Part shown: in pieces, positions 8,651 through 17,299 of the stretch
Position numbering within the stretch: the stretch's first letter is position 1
How the letters are laid out: each line of letters begins with the position of its first letter
Source of the DNA: a virus
Strand: one strand, 5' to 3'
DNA length: 64,000 bases
IMG/VR virus record: IMGVR_UViG_3300036800_000175
Location: 32,001 to 96,000 of that record
The notes under the pieces: model-generated
The model's input: the letters and a program-made list of their open reading frames with translations, nothing else
Databases searched by the model: none
Told to the model about the DNA's origin: nothing
Made by a program: the position numbers and the translations under genes

Positions 8651-11233
8651 GTGGCCGGCGCACGAGTCCAGTCCTGCGTCGCGTCCGCCGCCGGGGTCAC
8701 GACGATAACGGCGACGTTCACCGTGCAGAACGTGGTGACGGGTAACAAGTATGTCGTCTGCGTCGGCTGCAACTCCGCGACGCTGACCAGTGTCAAAAAC
8801 GGTGCCGGGACCTCACTGACCGCTCTCGCGAGCAAGCTGAACAGCACTAACGGTGTCTACACCTACCTGTACGGCCTGGACATCCCGTCCGGTGACGGCG
8901 GTACGAAGTCGCACATCACGGTTGTCTTCCCGGGATCGACGTTCGGCGGGATGGTCGTCCAGGAAGTTTCCGGGCTGCTGGCCGGTAACACGACCGCGAT
9001 GATCGACGGCGCGGCGGGCAACTCGAGCGGCAGCGCCGCGACCACGGCCAACCCGGCGTACACCGCGGCTGTGGCGGGCGAGTATCTCGTCACGCTGCTC
9101 GGCGCGAACGGTGGCACCCCGACGACCCCGTCCGGGTTCACCGCCGACGCGAACAACACGACCGCCGAAGGTCCGTCCGAGATCTTCTATAAGGCGTCTA
9201 CCGGCAGCGCTGAGTCCGCCGCGATCACCCTCGGCGCAACCGCCGGCTATGCGCAGCTGATGGTTGCGTTCAAGCTGTCATCGACCGCGTGGGCTGCTGC
9301 CGGGACCGCCCCGGGCACCTCTGCCGCGTCGGGGGCTTTCACCCCGGCCGGCGTCGCCGGGACTGCTGACTCCACCGCGGCGGACCAGGCCAGCGGCACG
9401 ATCACCCTCACCCCCGCCGCCGTCGCCGGGACCGCCGCAGGCACCTCAGCCGCGTCGGCTGGTTTCACCCCGGCCGGTGTCACCGGGACAGCCGCAGCCA
9501 CCAGCCATGCGGCGGGGGCGTTCCTCCCGGCCGCGGCAGCCGGGATCGCGGCGGGCAGCAGCGCCGCATCCGGCACCCTGGCACCCGCCGTCATTGCCGG
9601 GACAGCCACCGCCGCGAGCTCGGCGGCCGGGGCGTTCACGCCAGCCGGCGTCGCGGGTTCCGCGGCGGCGGGCAGCCTCACGTCAGCGGCCCTGACGCTC
9701 ACCGCCGGCGTCGCCGGGACGGCCGCAGCCGCCAGCCATGCGGCCGGGGTGTTCCTCCCGGCCGCGGTCGCGGGCACCGCGGCGGCCCGCAGCGGCGGCG
9801 CAGGTGCGTTCACCGCCGCACCACTGGCCGGGGCGTCGGCCGCCTCGAGTTCCGCGGCGGGTGCGTTCACCCCGGCCGCGGCCACCGGCACCTCCGCAGC
9901 GTTCAGCGCTGCGGCCGGGACGGTCACGCTTACCCCGGCCGCTGCGGCCGGGACAGCGGCCGGGCTGAGCGCCGCTGCGGGCGTGTTCCGGCCCGCGCCG
10001 CTCACCGGGACCGCGGCGTCTCACCCTGCCGCGGCCGGGGCGTTCCTGGGTGCCGCCCTGGCTGGCACCTCGCAGACCTCGAGCGCCGCGGCGGGCGTCA
10101 CTACCCTCACCCCCGCCGCGGTCACAGGGGCAGCAGCCGGCCACAGCGCAGCAGCCGCCGCGCTACTCCCCGCAGCGGCCGCGGGGACCGCATCATCGGC
10201 CAGTTCCGCGGCCGGGGCGTTCCAGGCGGCACCCGTCGCGGGCACCGTAGCCCAGGCTTCCAGCGCGGCCGGGACGCTCACCTTCGCCCCCGCGGTCATC
10301 GCGGGCACCGCCGCGACGCTCAGCGGAGCCGGCGGGGCGTTCGCGACCACATGGACCGGCGCCGGGACCGCGGTGGCAGGCTCCGCCGCCGCGGGCGCCT
10401 TCCAGGCCGCGCCGCTCACCGGGACCGCATCATCGGCCAGTTCCGCGGCCGGGGCGTTCCGGCCCGCGACGATGGCCGGGGCAGCAGCCGGTCACAGCGC
10501 GGCGTCCGGCGCGTTCACCCCGGCGGCGCTCACCGGGACAGCGGCGGCAGCCACTGCCGCATCCGCAGTGTTCCTCCCGGCCCCGCTCGCCGGGACCGCG
10601 GTCACCCACGCTGCGGCCAGTGGCACGTTCACGCCTGCGGCCCTGGCTGGCGCCGCGCAGGCCCACAGTGCGGCGGCCGGTGCTTTCACCCCGGCACCCG
10701 CCGCGGGGACGGCGGCCGCGGCCAGTTCCGCGGCCGGGGCGTTCACCCCCGCGCCGATCGCGGGCACCGCGTTCACGCACACCACGACGGCCGCCCTGCT
10801 GGCCCTCGCCCAGGCTGAGGCCGGGACCGCGCTGGCCCGCAGCCTCGCATCGGGTTCGCTCACCCCGGCCGCGGCCGCGGGCACGGCGGCAGGTGCCAGC
10901 GGTGCGTCCGGCGGGTTCCTGGCCGCACCCATGGCCGGGGCCGCCGCCACCGCCGCCGGGGCGGCCGGGACGCTCACGGCCGCGATGGTTCTCAGCGGGC
11001 ACGCCGTCACCGTGGCGGCGGCCACGGGAATACTGCTGGACATCCCCGCGGTGCAGCTGGCCACGGTCACCTTGTCCGGCACCGTGCTGATCCCCGGCCT
11101 GGCCGGTCTCCCGTCTGTGCCCGGCGCCGGGGGAGCCGCCGGCCGGCCGCAGCTCGCCGGGACGGCCAGCAGCAGCAGCATGGGCGGGATGGTGACGCAA
11201 ACCCCCGCTGGCGGGACCGCGGCAGGCACTTAG
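8651..11233 (+). CDS. Ala/Gly-rich repeat tail-fibre-like protein
   Basis: N-terminal beta-sandwich-like head, then many ~20-aa repeats (AGTAAAxSxAAGAFTPA). Confidence 0.7.
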   Translation: MAGARVQSCVASAAGVTTITATFTVQNVVTGNKYVVCVGCNSATLTSVKNGAGTSLTALASKLNSTNGVYTYLYGLDIPSGDGGTKSHITVVFPGSTFGGMVVQEVSGLLAGNTTAMIDGAAGNSSGSAATTANPAYTAAVAGEYLVTLLGANGGTPTTPSGFTADANNTTAEGPSEIFYKASTGSAESAAITLGATAGYAQLMVAFKLSSTAWAAAGTAPGTSAASGAFTPAGVAGTADSTAADQASGTITLTPAAVAGTAAGTSAASAGFTPAGVTGTAAATSHAAGAFLPAAAAGIAAGSSAASGTLAPAVIAGTATAASSAAGAFTPAGVAGSAAAGSLTSAALTLTAGVAGTAAAASHAAGVFLPAAVAGTAAARSGGAGAFTAAPLAGASAASSSAAGAFTPAAATGTSAAFSAAAGTVTLTPAAAAGTAAGLSAAAGVFRPAPLTGTAASHPAAAGAFLGAALAGTSQTSSAAAGVTTLTPAAVTGAAAGHSAAAAALLPAAAAGTASSASSAAGAFQAAPVAGTVAQASSAAGTLTFAPAVIAGTAATLSGAGGAFATTWTGAGTAVAGSAAAGAFQAAPLTGTASSASSAAGAFRPATMAGAAAGHSAASGAFTPAALTGTAAAATAASAVFLPAPLAGTAVTHAAASGTFTPAALAGAAQAHSAAAGAFTPAPAAGTAAAASSAAGAFTPAPIAGTAFTHTTTAALLALAQAEAGTALARSLASGSLTPAAAAGTAAGASGASGGFLAAPMAGAAATAAGAAGTLTAAMVLSGHAVTVAAATGILLDIPAVQLATVTLSGTVLIPGLAGLPSVPGAGGAAGRPQLAGTASSSSMGGMVTQTPAGGTAAGT

Positions 11234-11478
11234 CCGGGTAGCGGCACTTCGGTGACAGGCCCCAGCGGGCAGTCATGGCCGTCCGTGTCGTGGCATTTCT
11301 TGCAGAACCGGCCTTTCATGACCGGCGCGGTGGCGCAGACCGGGCACAGTAACCCCAGGCGCGTATGCCCGCACCCGCATTCCGCCTCATACAGGCCCTC
11401 CGCCGGCTGCGGGCACGGCACGAGGGGTGCGCTCTCCGCCGCCTGCCAGTAGCCCGTGCACGGTACACCGAACCCCAT
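11230..11478 (-). CDS. Cys-rich putative Zn-binding protein, antisense insertion in tail operon
   Basis: Same C-x11-C-x3-H-x6-CxxC pattern; GGAAG RBS-like sequence upstream. Confidence 0.6.
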   Translation of the reverse strand: MGFGVPCTGYWQAAESAPLVPCPQPAEGLYEAECGCGHTRLGLLCPVCATAPVMKGRFCKKCHDTDGHDCPLGPVTEVPLPG

Positions 11479-11510
11479 GCCCGTGATCTTCCCAGACCGG
11501 AGGCACGCGC

Positions 11511-11852
11511 GTGTTGCAGTCCAACATTGTCCTCGGCCAGAACAACGATGAGGCGATCAACCTCGCGATCACCTCCGCCGGGGCGGCGCAGGATCTGACC
11601 GGCGCGACCGTTGAGGTGGTCGTCAAACCGCGGGCATCTGCCGCTGACACCGACCCGGCGGCGATCAGCGCCAGCGTCACCATCACCGACCCGCTGAACG
11701 GGCTGGCCACCGCCACGATCACCGCGGCGCAGCTCGCCACGGCGGGCCGCTGGTACTGGCATTGCGACGTCATCGCACGCGACGGGGAACGGAAAACCGC
11801 CCTGTACGGGGATGTGCTGATCATCCCGGTCGCGGCCGCGCTGGGGGGATGA
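11511..11852 (+). CDS. BppU-like baseplate upper protein N-terminal domain
   Basis: DLTGATV..ITDPLNG..GRWYW pattern; GGAGG RBS. Confidence 0.65.
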   Translation: MLQSNIVLGQNNDEAINLAITSAGAAQDLTGATVEVVVKPRASAADTDPAAISASVTITDPLNGLATATITAAQLATAGRWYWHCDVIARDGERKTALYGDVLIIPVAAALGG

Positions 11853-12272
11853 GTGGTACGGACCCGCAGGGCGGTGGACTGGCTGACCCGGGCGGGCCGG
11901 CTGGACCTGTCCGTGATGGCCACCGCGTTCGTGATTTTCGGTGTGTCCCTGGCCGCCCAGCCGCACCGCTGGGCATCCACACCCGCGTACCACATTCTGC
12001 TGCTGATCTTCTCCGCGCGGGCGTGGGGCGGCCTGTTCCTGCTGGGCGGCGCGGTGATGGGGGCAGCGGCGTGGCAGTTTGAGCGGCGCCGCTGGGTGTT
12101 GGTCACGGCGCTGACACTGGCGTTCACCCTGACGACCGGGTGGATGCTGGCGTTCGTCGTCCGCTATGTGTCCTCCCCGAACACCACCCCGGAAACGTGG
12201 GTCAGCTGGATGGTGTTCGATTACCTGCTGCTGAAAGTGTCGGCCAGCCTTGACCGTTCCCCGCCGCCATGA
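11853..12272 (+). CDS. Membrane protein (lysis cassette)
   Basis: About 4 hydrophobic segments. Confidence 0.6.
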   Translation: MVRTRRAVDWLTRAGRLDLSVMATAFVIFGVSLAAQPHRWASTPAYHILLLIFSARAWGGLFLLGGAVMGAAAWQFERRRWVLVTALTLAFTLTTGWMLAFVVRYVSSPNTTPETWVSWMVFDYLLLKVSASLDRSPPP

Positions 12273-12619
12273 CCGGCCTGGCCGACGCCGCCGGCGGGGG
12301 TGGCGTGAACACGGTCACCCTGATCACCGGGATCCTGCTGGCCCTCGCCGCGGTCGTGTCGTCGCTCACGCCGATCGTGATAGCCCGCCGGCGGTCACGC
12401 AAGGAAGCGGCCGCTGCGACCGCCGCCGCGGCGGTGGCTGGCAGTGACCTGACCCTGGCCGGGTGGACCCAGCTGAACGCCGCGCTGCAACAGGAAATCG
12501 CGCGGCTGCAAAAGGTCACTGAGCGGATGCAGTCCCGCATTGATGATCTCGAAGGGGAGATCGCGGAGCTGCAAAAACTGGCCATCAGGTTGCAGCAGAA
12601 AGGCAGCGGCGGTGCCTGA
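12269..12619 (+). CDS. Membrane-anchored coiled-coil protein (lysis cassette)
   Basis: One TM followed by heptad coiled coil; ATGA overlap. Confidence 0.6.
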   Translation: MTGLADAAGGGGVNTVTLITGILLALAAVVSSLTPIVIARRRSRKEAAAATAAAAVAGSDLTLAGWTQLNAALQQEIARLQKVTERMQSRIDDLEGEIAELQKLAIRLQQKGSGGA

Positions 12620-12938
12620 CCTGGTGGTCATGTTCCTCATCGTGTCGTGCGTGTCGTGGATGTTCCAGCTGCTCGCGTTCATCCGCATCGCCGCACGGCG
12701 GGCCACGACACCCACGGAGGAACTGGTCGGCGGGGGGTACCTGCGGACCGTCGCGTGCCGGGTGCTGGCCGCCACCATCTATGTCGTCGTCGCCGCGACC
12801 CAGCTAGCCGGGTCGGGAACCCTGACCGCTGAGGCGCTGGTTGTTTTCGGTGCCGTGCAGCTGATCTGGCAGGTGAACTCCGTGATGGATGTCCGGATCA
12901 GGCGCAGCCTCAGCCAGCGCCCGGGGGATCCGCCCTGA
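12612..12938 (+). CDS. Membrane protein (lysis cassette)
   Basis: 3 hydrophobic segments; overlapping start. Confidence 0.55.
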   Translation: MPDLVVMFLIVSCVSWMFQLLAFIRIAARRATTPTEELVGGGYLRTVACRVLAATIYVVVAATQLAGSGTLTAEALVVFGAVQLIWQVNSVMDVRIRRSLSQRPGDPP

Positions 12939-13117
12939 TGCCGCAGCCGCCGGATGACGTCCCCCATGAGGAGGCGCAGCAGCTGGCCCGCATCGCCGCG
13001 GTGACCGATGACCTGGACAGAACCCTGGACGAACTGTTCGTGATCGCGGCTGAGCTGAAAACCATCCTGGCCCGCACAGAGCCTGGCCCTCCCGGCCCAC
13101 TCAAGGAGGCGCCGTGA
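12938..13117 (+). CDS. Small hypothetical protein (59 aa, absent from ORF track)
   Basis: TGATG and GTGA couplings on both sides. Confidence 0.55.
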   Translation: MPQPPDDVPHEEAQQLARIAAVTDDLDRTLDELFVIAAELKTILARTEPGPPGPLKEAP

Positions 13118-13587
13118 GCGAGCCAGACCATGACGCGGTCACGGCCGCTGAGGGGCTCACCGTCGCACTCCGGGGGATCCGGGAGGATCTGGCGGGGCTG
13201 CGCGGCGACCTGGAAGCCGCGCGGGTGGCCAGCGAGAAACGGGACGCCCGGCTGGCGAAGGACGCGCGGCGCAGCAGGAACGTCGTCACCGGCCTGATCG
13301 CCTCGTTCTGCGTGGACCTGGCTGTCACCGGCCTGGTCGGCTGGAACACGATCCGGGTCAACGACAGCCAGGACGCAAGCCACGCCAGCGAAATATCGGT
13401 GTGCCGGCAGGCCAACGTGAACCGGCGGGAGGACATCGCGATCTGGAATCGGTTTCTCGATGACATCGCGCCGCCGGACGCGAAGACGACACCGAAGGTG
13501 CGGGTGGAACTGGCGGGGCTCAACCGCCTCATCCGGCTCAAAGACACGCCACGCAACTGTGTGGCCCTGTACAGCAACGGCCCCTGA
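13114..13587 (+). CDS. Membrane-anchored protein with C-terminal Cys pair (spanin-like position)
   Basis: AAGGAGG RBS; coiled coil, TM, extracellular Cys..Cys. Confidence 0.55.
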   Translation: MSEPDHDAVTAAEGLTVALRGIREDLAGLRGDLEAARVASEKRDARLAKDARRSRNVVTGLIASFCVDLAVTGLVGWNTIRVNDSQDASHASEISVCRQANVNRREDIAIWNRFLDDIAPPDAKTTPKVRVELAGLNRLIRLKDTPRNCVALYSNGP

Positions 13588-13670
13588 CGGTGGCCGGGGA
13601 CTACATGAGCCGGCGGCCTGACTGGCGTGACCGGCTCGACAGTCAACTCACAACGGGGGGAATCGCCGTC

Positions 13671-14039
13671 ATGAACATCATCCGCCGGGAACCGGCTCTG
13701 GTGTGGTCCGGGATGCTGTCCGCCGCCGCGGCGCTGGCCGTGTACTTCACGACCGGGCTGACCCAGGCGCAGCACGCGTCGATCGTCACCGTCGCGGTCG
13801 CGCTCGGCGCCGCGATCGTCGCGATCGACTCCCGGCCGGTGCAGGTACCCATCCTGACCGGGATCATCGGCACGATCCTGGCTGCGCTCGGCGCGTTCGG
13901 GTTGCACATGGACGCCCACATGCAGGCGGAGTTCCTCACCGGCATCGGGATCGTGCTCGGCCTGGTCCTGCGGCTGCACCAGACCCCCGTCACCCCACCG
14001 GCCGTCACCCCACCGGCGGCGGCGCACGCGGCCGGGTGA
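13671..14039 (+). CDS. Putative holin
   Basis: IRREPAL start, about 4 TM segments, near endolysin. Confidence 0.6.
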   Translation: MNIIRREPALVWSGMLSAAAALAVYFTTGLTQAQHASIVTVAVALGAAIVAIDSRPVQVPILTGIIGTILAALGAFGLHMDAHMQAEFLTGIGIVLGLVLRLHQTPVTPPAVTPPAAAHAAG

Positions 14040-14344
14040 CCGGCTGGCTGGGGCACTGGCTCGGCCTCGACAACGTCGCGGGCCAAATCTACGCCTGGTG
14101 GTCCGGCAGCGGGTCGGTGATCCTCCCGTGGATCCTGAACTCCCTCACGGTCGCGGCCCTGTTCTGGTGGCACCACCAGTGCCACGTCTCCGGGTGCTGG
14201 TGGTATGCCCGCCGCACCACGGCGGCCGGTGAACGCGCCTGCTGGCGCCACCATCCCCATCCGCGGCGGACCGCCGCGGATCTGCTCACCGCGCATCACG
14301 CCGCTATCCGCGCCGGCACCAACACGAACGGAGGCGCACCGTGA
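14036..14344 (+). CDS. Membrane protein with Cys/His motif (HQCHVSGCW..CWRHHP)
   Basis: GTGA overlaps on both ends. Confidence 0.6.
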   Translation: MTGWLGHWLGLDNVAGQIYAWWSGSGSVILPWILNSLTVAALFWWHHQCHVSGCWWYARRTTAAGERACWRHHPHPRRTAADLLTAHHAAIRAGTNTNGGAP

Positions 14345-15189
14345 CCCTTGCAGGTGTTGACGTGGCGGTCTACCAGGGGACACCCGGCAGCTGGCGGGCG
14401 GAGGCAGGCGCGATCGCGTGGGCCGGGGTGAAGATCAGCGAACTGTCATCCGCCGGGCCCTACATTTCCCCGGACGCCGCGGCGGACTGGGCGTATCTCA
14501 AGGCCCACGGCAAAGGCCGGGTCGGCTACCTGTTCGGTCACCCCGCCACCGGCCCGGCGGCGACGGTCAGCCTGTTCGCGGATGAGCTCGCCCGCCTCGG
14601 CCTGGACGACGGCGACGGCATCGCGCTGGACCTCGAGCAATCCGACGGGCTGCCGCCCGGCCATGTGGCCACCTGGGCGGGGCAGGTCATGGCACAGCTT
14701 GAGCATGTGCTGCACCGGACCCCGCTGCTGTACACCTTCCTCAGCTTCGCCCAGGGCGGGAACTGTGCCGGGCTCGGCCGGTACCCGCTGTGGATCGCGG
14801 ACCCGTCCAGCCCGGCCGGCCACCCGCGGGTACCGGGCCCGTGGTCGGGGTGGGCGATCCACCAGCATTCGATCACCGGCAGCATCGACCGGGACGTCGC
14901 CGCCTGGGCCACGATGGCCGCGATGCGCGGCGAGCTCGGGAAGAAAGGAACCGCCGTGGCAGGGCAGACGATCGACTGGAAGGCTGCGGGCAGCAGCAAG
15001 ACGCTCGCGGAGCTGGCCGCGGACCGGAAGGTGGGGCCGTCCACGATCCTGCGGCTGACAGCGCAGCACGGGGCGGGGGGGAAGTTCCCCGGCCCGGTCG
15101 CGGCGTGGCTGGACGCGGTATTCACTGGGACGACGGCACCGTCGGCGCCGATCCCCGCGGATGTGGTGCTGCGGGTGCCTGCCAGCTGA
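14341..15189 (+). CDS. Endolysin, GH25 muramidase
   Basis: GVDVxxYQG, ALDLE, YPLWIA, HQHS..DRD GH25 motifs; C-terminal possible cell-wall-binding segment. Confidence 0.85.
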   Translation: MTLAGVDVAVYQGTPGSWRAEAGAIAWAGVKISELSSAGPYISPDAAADWAYLKAHGKGRVGYLFGHPATGPAATVSLFADELARLGLDDGDGIALDLEQSDGLPPGHVATWAGQVMAQLEHVLHRTPLLYTFLSFAQGGNCAGLGRYPLWIADPSSPAGHPRVPGPWSGWAIHQHSITGSIDRDVAAWATMAAMRGELGKKGTAVAGQTIDWKAAGSSKTLAELAADRKVGPSTILRLTAQHGAGGKFPGPVAAWLDAVFTGTTAPSAPIPADVVLRVPAS

Positions 15190-15316
15190 AACGCGCGGTG
15201 GGCGGCGTGCGGGGCCTTGCGCGACGGAACTCGGCAGCCGGCTTCACCAGGCTCCGACGAACAACCCTTGCTCCCCGCACGCCGCTTCGGGACAGTCTGG
15301 CCCGTCTCGTCCGCAT

Positions 15317-15416
15317 TGTCTACCTGGTCTGTGACTAACGGTCACAATGGTATGTGTGGCTGATACGGGTGATACCCGGGGTACAGGTGTGACGGGCCCG
15401 GTCGTAACGTTGGGTC
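15317..15416 (+). promoter_or_regulatory. Operator/promoter region of small GntR gene
   Basis: TGTCTACCTG (also at 59112), palindrome TGTGAC-N5-GTCACA (15330-15346), -10-like TAACGT 6 nt before ATG. Confidence 0.5.
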
Positions 15417-15668
15417 ATGTCCGGGGAGATCGACCGTTGGAGCGAGACGCCCTACAAGGAGCAGCTCGCCGGGTTCATCCGCGCCCAGATCCAGGCCGGT
15501 GACCTGCAACCGGGCCAGCAACTCCCCAGCGAACAGCACCTCATGGCCACCTACCAGCTATCCCGGTCCACCGTCCGCGGTGCCCTTGAGCTACTCCGCG
15601 GCGGCGGATGGATCGAAACCCACCGTCGGCGCGGGTCACGCGTCAGCCAGAACCCGCCGCCCCGCTAG
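15417..15668 (+). CDS. GntR-family winged-HTH regulator (DNA-binding domain only)
   Basis: YxQLA..I..G.L.PG.QLPSE..L...Y.LSRSTVR.AL..L. Confidence 0.9.
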   Translation: MSGEIDRWSETPYKEQLAGFIRAQIQAGDLQPGQQLPSEQHLMATYQLSRSTVRGALELLRGGGWIETHRRRGSRVSQNPPPR

Positions 15669-15674
15669 CGGCCG

Positions 15675-15727
15675 CAAAAGCAAAGAGCCCCCGGCAGCGT
15701 TCGCGCTGCCGGGGGCTCCCCTTTTTG
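15675..15727. terminator. Bidirectional intrinsic terminator
   Basis: 15-bp stem GAGCCCCCGGCAGCG/CGCTGCCGGGGGCTC, TTCG loop, A-rich left flank and T-tract right flank, between convergent genes. Confidence 0.85.
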
Positions 15728-15739
15728 CATGTGCTGGGG

Positions 15740-15919
15740 TCAGCCGTGGAACATGTCCGGGGACGCCCCGTGGTACATGTCCGGGGACGCCGCCGCCACG
15801 ACCGGGGCGGAGTTCGCGGTGGCGACGATCGACGGGACCGCCACGGCGGCACCGGAACTGATGGTGCCGGCCACGATCATTGTGGCGGCGAACTTTCTCG
15901 GGATGCGGGTGATTCTCAT
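15740..15919 (-). CDS. Secreted pre-peptide, 59 aa, with tandem C-terminal octapeptides ASPDMYHG / ASPDMFHG (candidate signalling peptide)
   Basis: Hand translation MRITRIPRKFAATMIVAGTISSGAAVAVPSIVATANSAPVVAAASPDMYHGASPDMFHG; GGAAGGAA RBS; basic n-region, hydrophobic h-region, Ala-rich cleavage-like region; terminator directly downstream; below the 60-aa ORF-track cutoff. Confidence 0.8.
   Translation of the reverse strand: MRITRIPRKFAATMIVAGTISSGAAVAVPSIVATANSAPVVAAASPDMYHGASPDMFHG
15743..15790. repeat. 24-nt tandem repeat x2 encoding the octapeptides
   Basis: gccgtggaacatgtccggggacgc / cccgtggtacatgtccggggacgc. Confidence 0.9.
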
Positions 15920-15962
15920 CGGGCGGGTTTCCTTCCATCGGGGGGGCCTTCAACGTCGGGGA

Positions 15963-16343
15963 TCATGAGACGGGCCACTGCGGTTCCACCAGCGCAGCCA
16001 GCTGGGTGAGCCTGCTGCGGCCCATGAGCGACGGCAGCCCGGTGCCCTCAGCGCGGCATGAGTTGGTGGTGATCTGCCAGGTGCTGCCGAGGTACTCACC
16101 GTCGGCTTTGCTCACCGCGGCAACCCCCGCCTCAGGGGCCAGTTCCCGGGCGATGCTCAGCAGGTCAAGGCCCTTGTCGCGGTCACCGAAAATCAGGGTG
16201 AGGATGTCACCCTTGCCGTCGTTGAAATTGATCGCGGCCACATCAATAGGCCGCTCAGCGGTCTCCGACCACCACAGCGGGCAGACACGCGCCAGACGCG
16301 TAAGGGTGCGGTAGACGCTTGCGTCAGCGTCCTGAAAAAGCAT
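15963..16343 (-). CDS. Hypothetical protein with one TPR-like motif, upstream of the peptide gene
   Basis: GGGGAG RBS; KGDILTLIFGDRDKGLDLLSIARELAP fits TPR positions G8,L11,G15,small20,L24,A27,P32 with one insertion. Confidence 0.55.
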   Translation of the reverse strand: MLFQDADASVYRTLTRLARVCPLWWSETAERPIDVAAINFNDGKGDILTLIFGDRDKGLDLLSIARELAPEAGVAAVSKADGEYLGSTWQITTNSCRAEGTGLPSLMGRSRLTQLAALVEPQWPVS

Positions 16344-16557
16344 CGGCTTCTCCCCGTTGCTCCTGTGTGTCTGGCTGGTACCCTACGTCTGCTTAGTACG
16401 ATCCGTCTAGGTCCCCGGCGGGTACCGCAGGCTGGCTTCCGGAACGTGACCGCGGAGGTGGGGGGGGGCCAGCTGAATCCGGTTACCCGCCGGGTTGCTT
16501 AGCGGGTTAGCGTGAAGCAACGGCTTGACCTGAGTCGTTGTTCAAGGGATTGCGCAG

Positions 16558-16603
16558 GAACGCCGCCCGGCCCCCGCAGCGGGGGGCCGGGCGGCGTTCT
16601 TCT
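16558..16603. terminator. GC-rich hairpin terminator downstream of the 16.6-17.8 kb minus-strand genes
   Basis: GAACGCCGCCCGGCCCCC..GGGGGCCGGGCGGCGTTC stem. Confidence 0.75.
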
Positions 16604-16604
16604 G

Positions 16605-16832
16605 CTATGCGCGGGGTACGGCGCCGGGGAGGGCGAGCGCGGCGCGGATCAGCGCCCACGGGCCGTCGCCGTAGCGGTGCCACACGGTGCCGACATCGGT
16701 CGTGTCCCGGGTGACCAGGTACGTGCTGACCGTGCCGGGCGGCAGGCCACTGGTTTCGGTGTTGCTGGTCCGGCGGATCACCAGCGTGCCGATCCGCTCA
16801 TCGTTGACCATGAGCGGGAACCACAGGCTCAC
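16605..16832 (-). CDS. Hypothetical protein
   Basis: GTGA-coupled ORF; HRYGDGPWALI motif. Confidence 0.6.
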   Translation of the reverse strand: MSLWFPLMVNDERIGTLVIRRTSNTETSGLPPGTVSTYLVTRDTTDVGTVWHRYGDGPWALIRAALALPGAVPRA

Positions 16833-17293
16833 GGGGAGTCCTGGTCGCTGGTTTCCGGCGTGGCCCCCGATTCCGCGCCGGAAACCAGCTGATCCCAGTC
16901 CACCACCACCGCTGGATCCAGGTCCGGCACCTCACCGGCGATGACGTCGCGGGCCGCGCCGGGGCCGAGCCGCTCGAGCACGGCGGCGAGCGCCCGGTCA
17001 TGCCCGGCGTTCGCAGCCGCTACGGTGGCGTACCGCTCCTGATAGTCGTCCAGGTCGTCATCGCCGCCGATGTGGACGTCACCGGGCGCGAAGATCATCG
17101 TCTCAAAGATGATCGGCACGGTGGATCCCCAGCCGTGGTCGATGCCGAGCCACACGGTAGAGATCGTCCAGCCGCGCACATGATGGACCGCGACCCGCAG
17201 ATACTCAAGATCCCCATGCTTGACCGCCCATTCCTCGGGCTCAATGGGCTGCCCATCGCGGTCGTAGAACAGGTGGTACCGGCCGTAGAACAC
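16829..17293 (-). CDS. Conserved phage hypothetical protein
   Basis: ISTVWLGIDH..PIIFETMIF..YQERYAT motif recurrent in phages. Confidence 0.7.
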   Translation of the reverse strand: MFYGRYHLFYDRDGQPIEPEEWAVKHGDLEYLRVAVHHVRGWTISTVWLGIDHGWGSTVPIIFETMIFAPGDVHIGGDDDLDDYQERYATVAAANAGHDRALAAVLERLGPGAARDVIAGEVPDLDPAVVVDWDQLVSGAESGATPETSDQDSP

Positions 17294-17299
17294 GGGAGG

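Noticed and set aside
9280-11000. Repetitive DNA as CRISPR array or DGR repeat
   Set aside because: Degenerate in-frame Ala/Gly coding repeats; no constant repeat-spacer structure and no cas or reverse transcriptase gene seen
15330-15346. TGTGA..TCACA as CRP/GlxR site
   Set aside because: Spacer is 7 nt rather than 6; kept only as a generic palindrome
15608-16009. ORF-track calls over the peptide locus (15608-16009 +, 15636-15953 -, 15729-15968 +)
   Set aside because: Alternate frames of the 24-nt repeat; two cross the terminator and none has a convincing RBS, whereas 15740-15919 (-) has RBS, signal peptide and GC3-biased codons
16400-16500. Long hairpin as tRNA, SRP RNA or a known riboswitch
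   Set aside because: No cloverleaf, T-loop or SRP domain IV motif recognisable by eye
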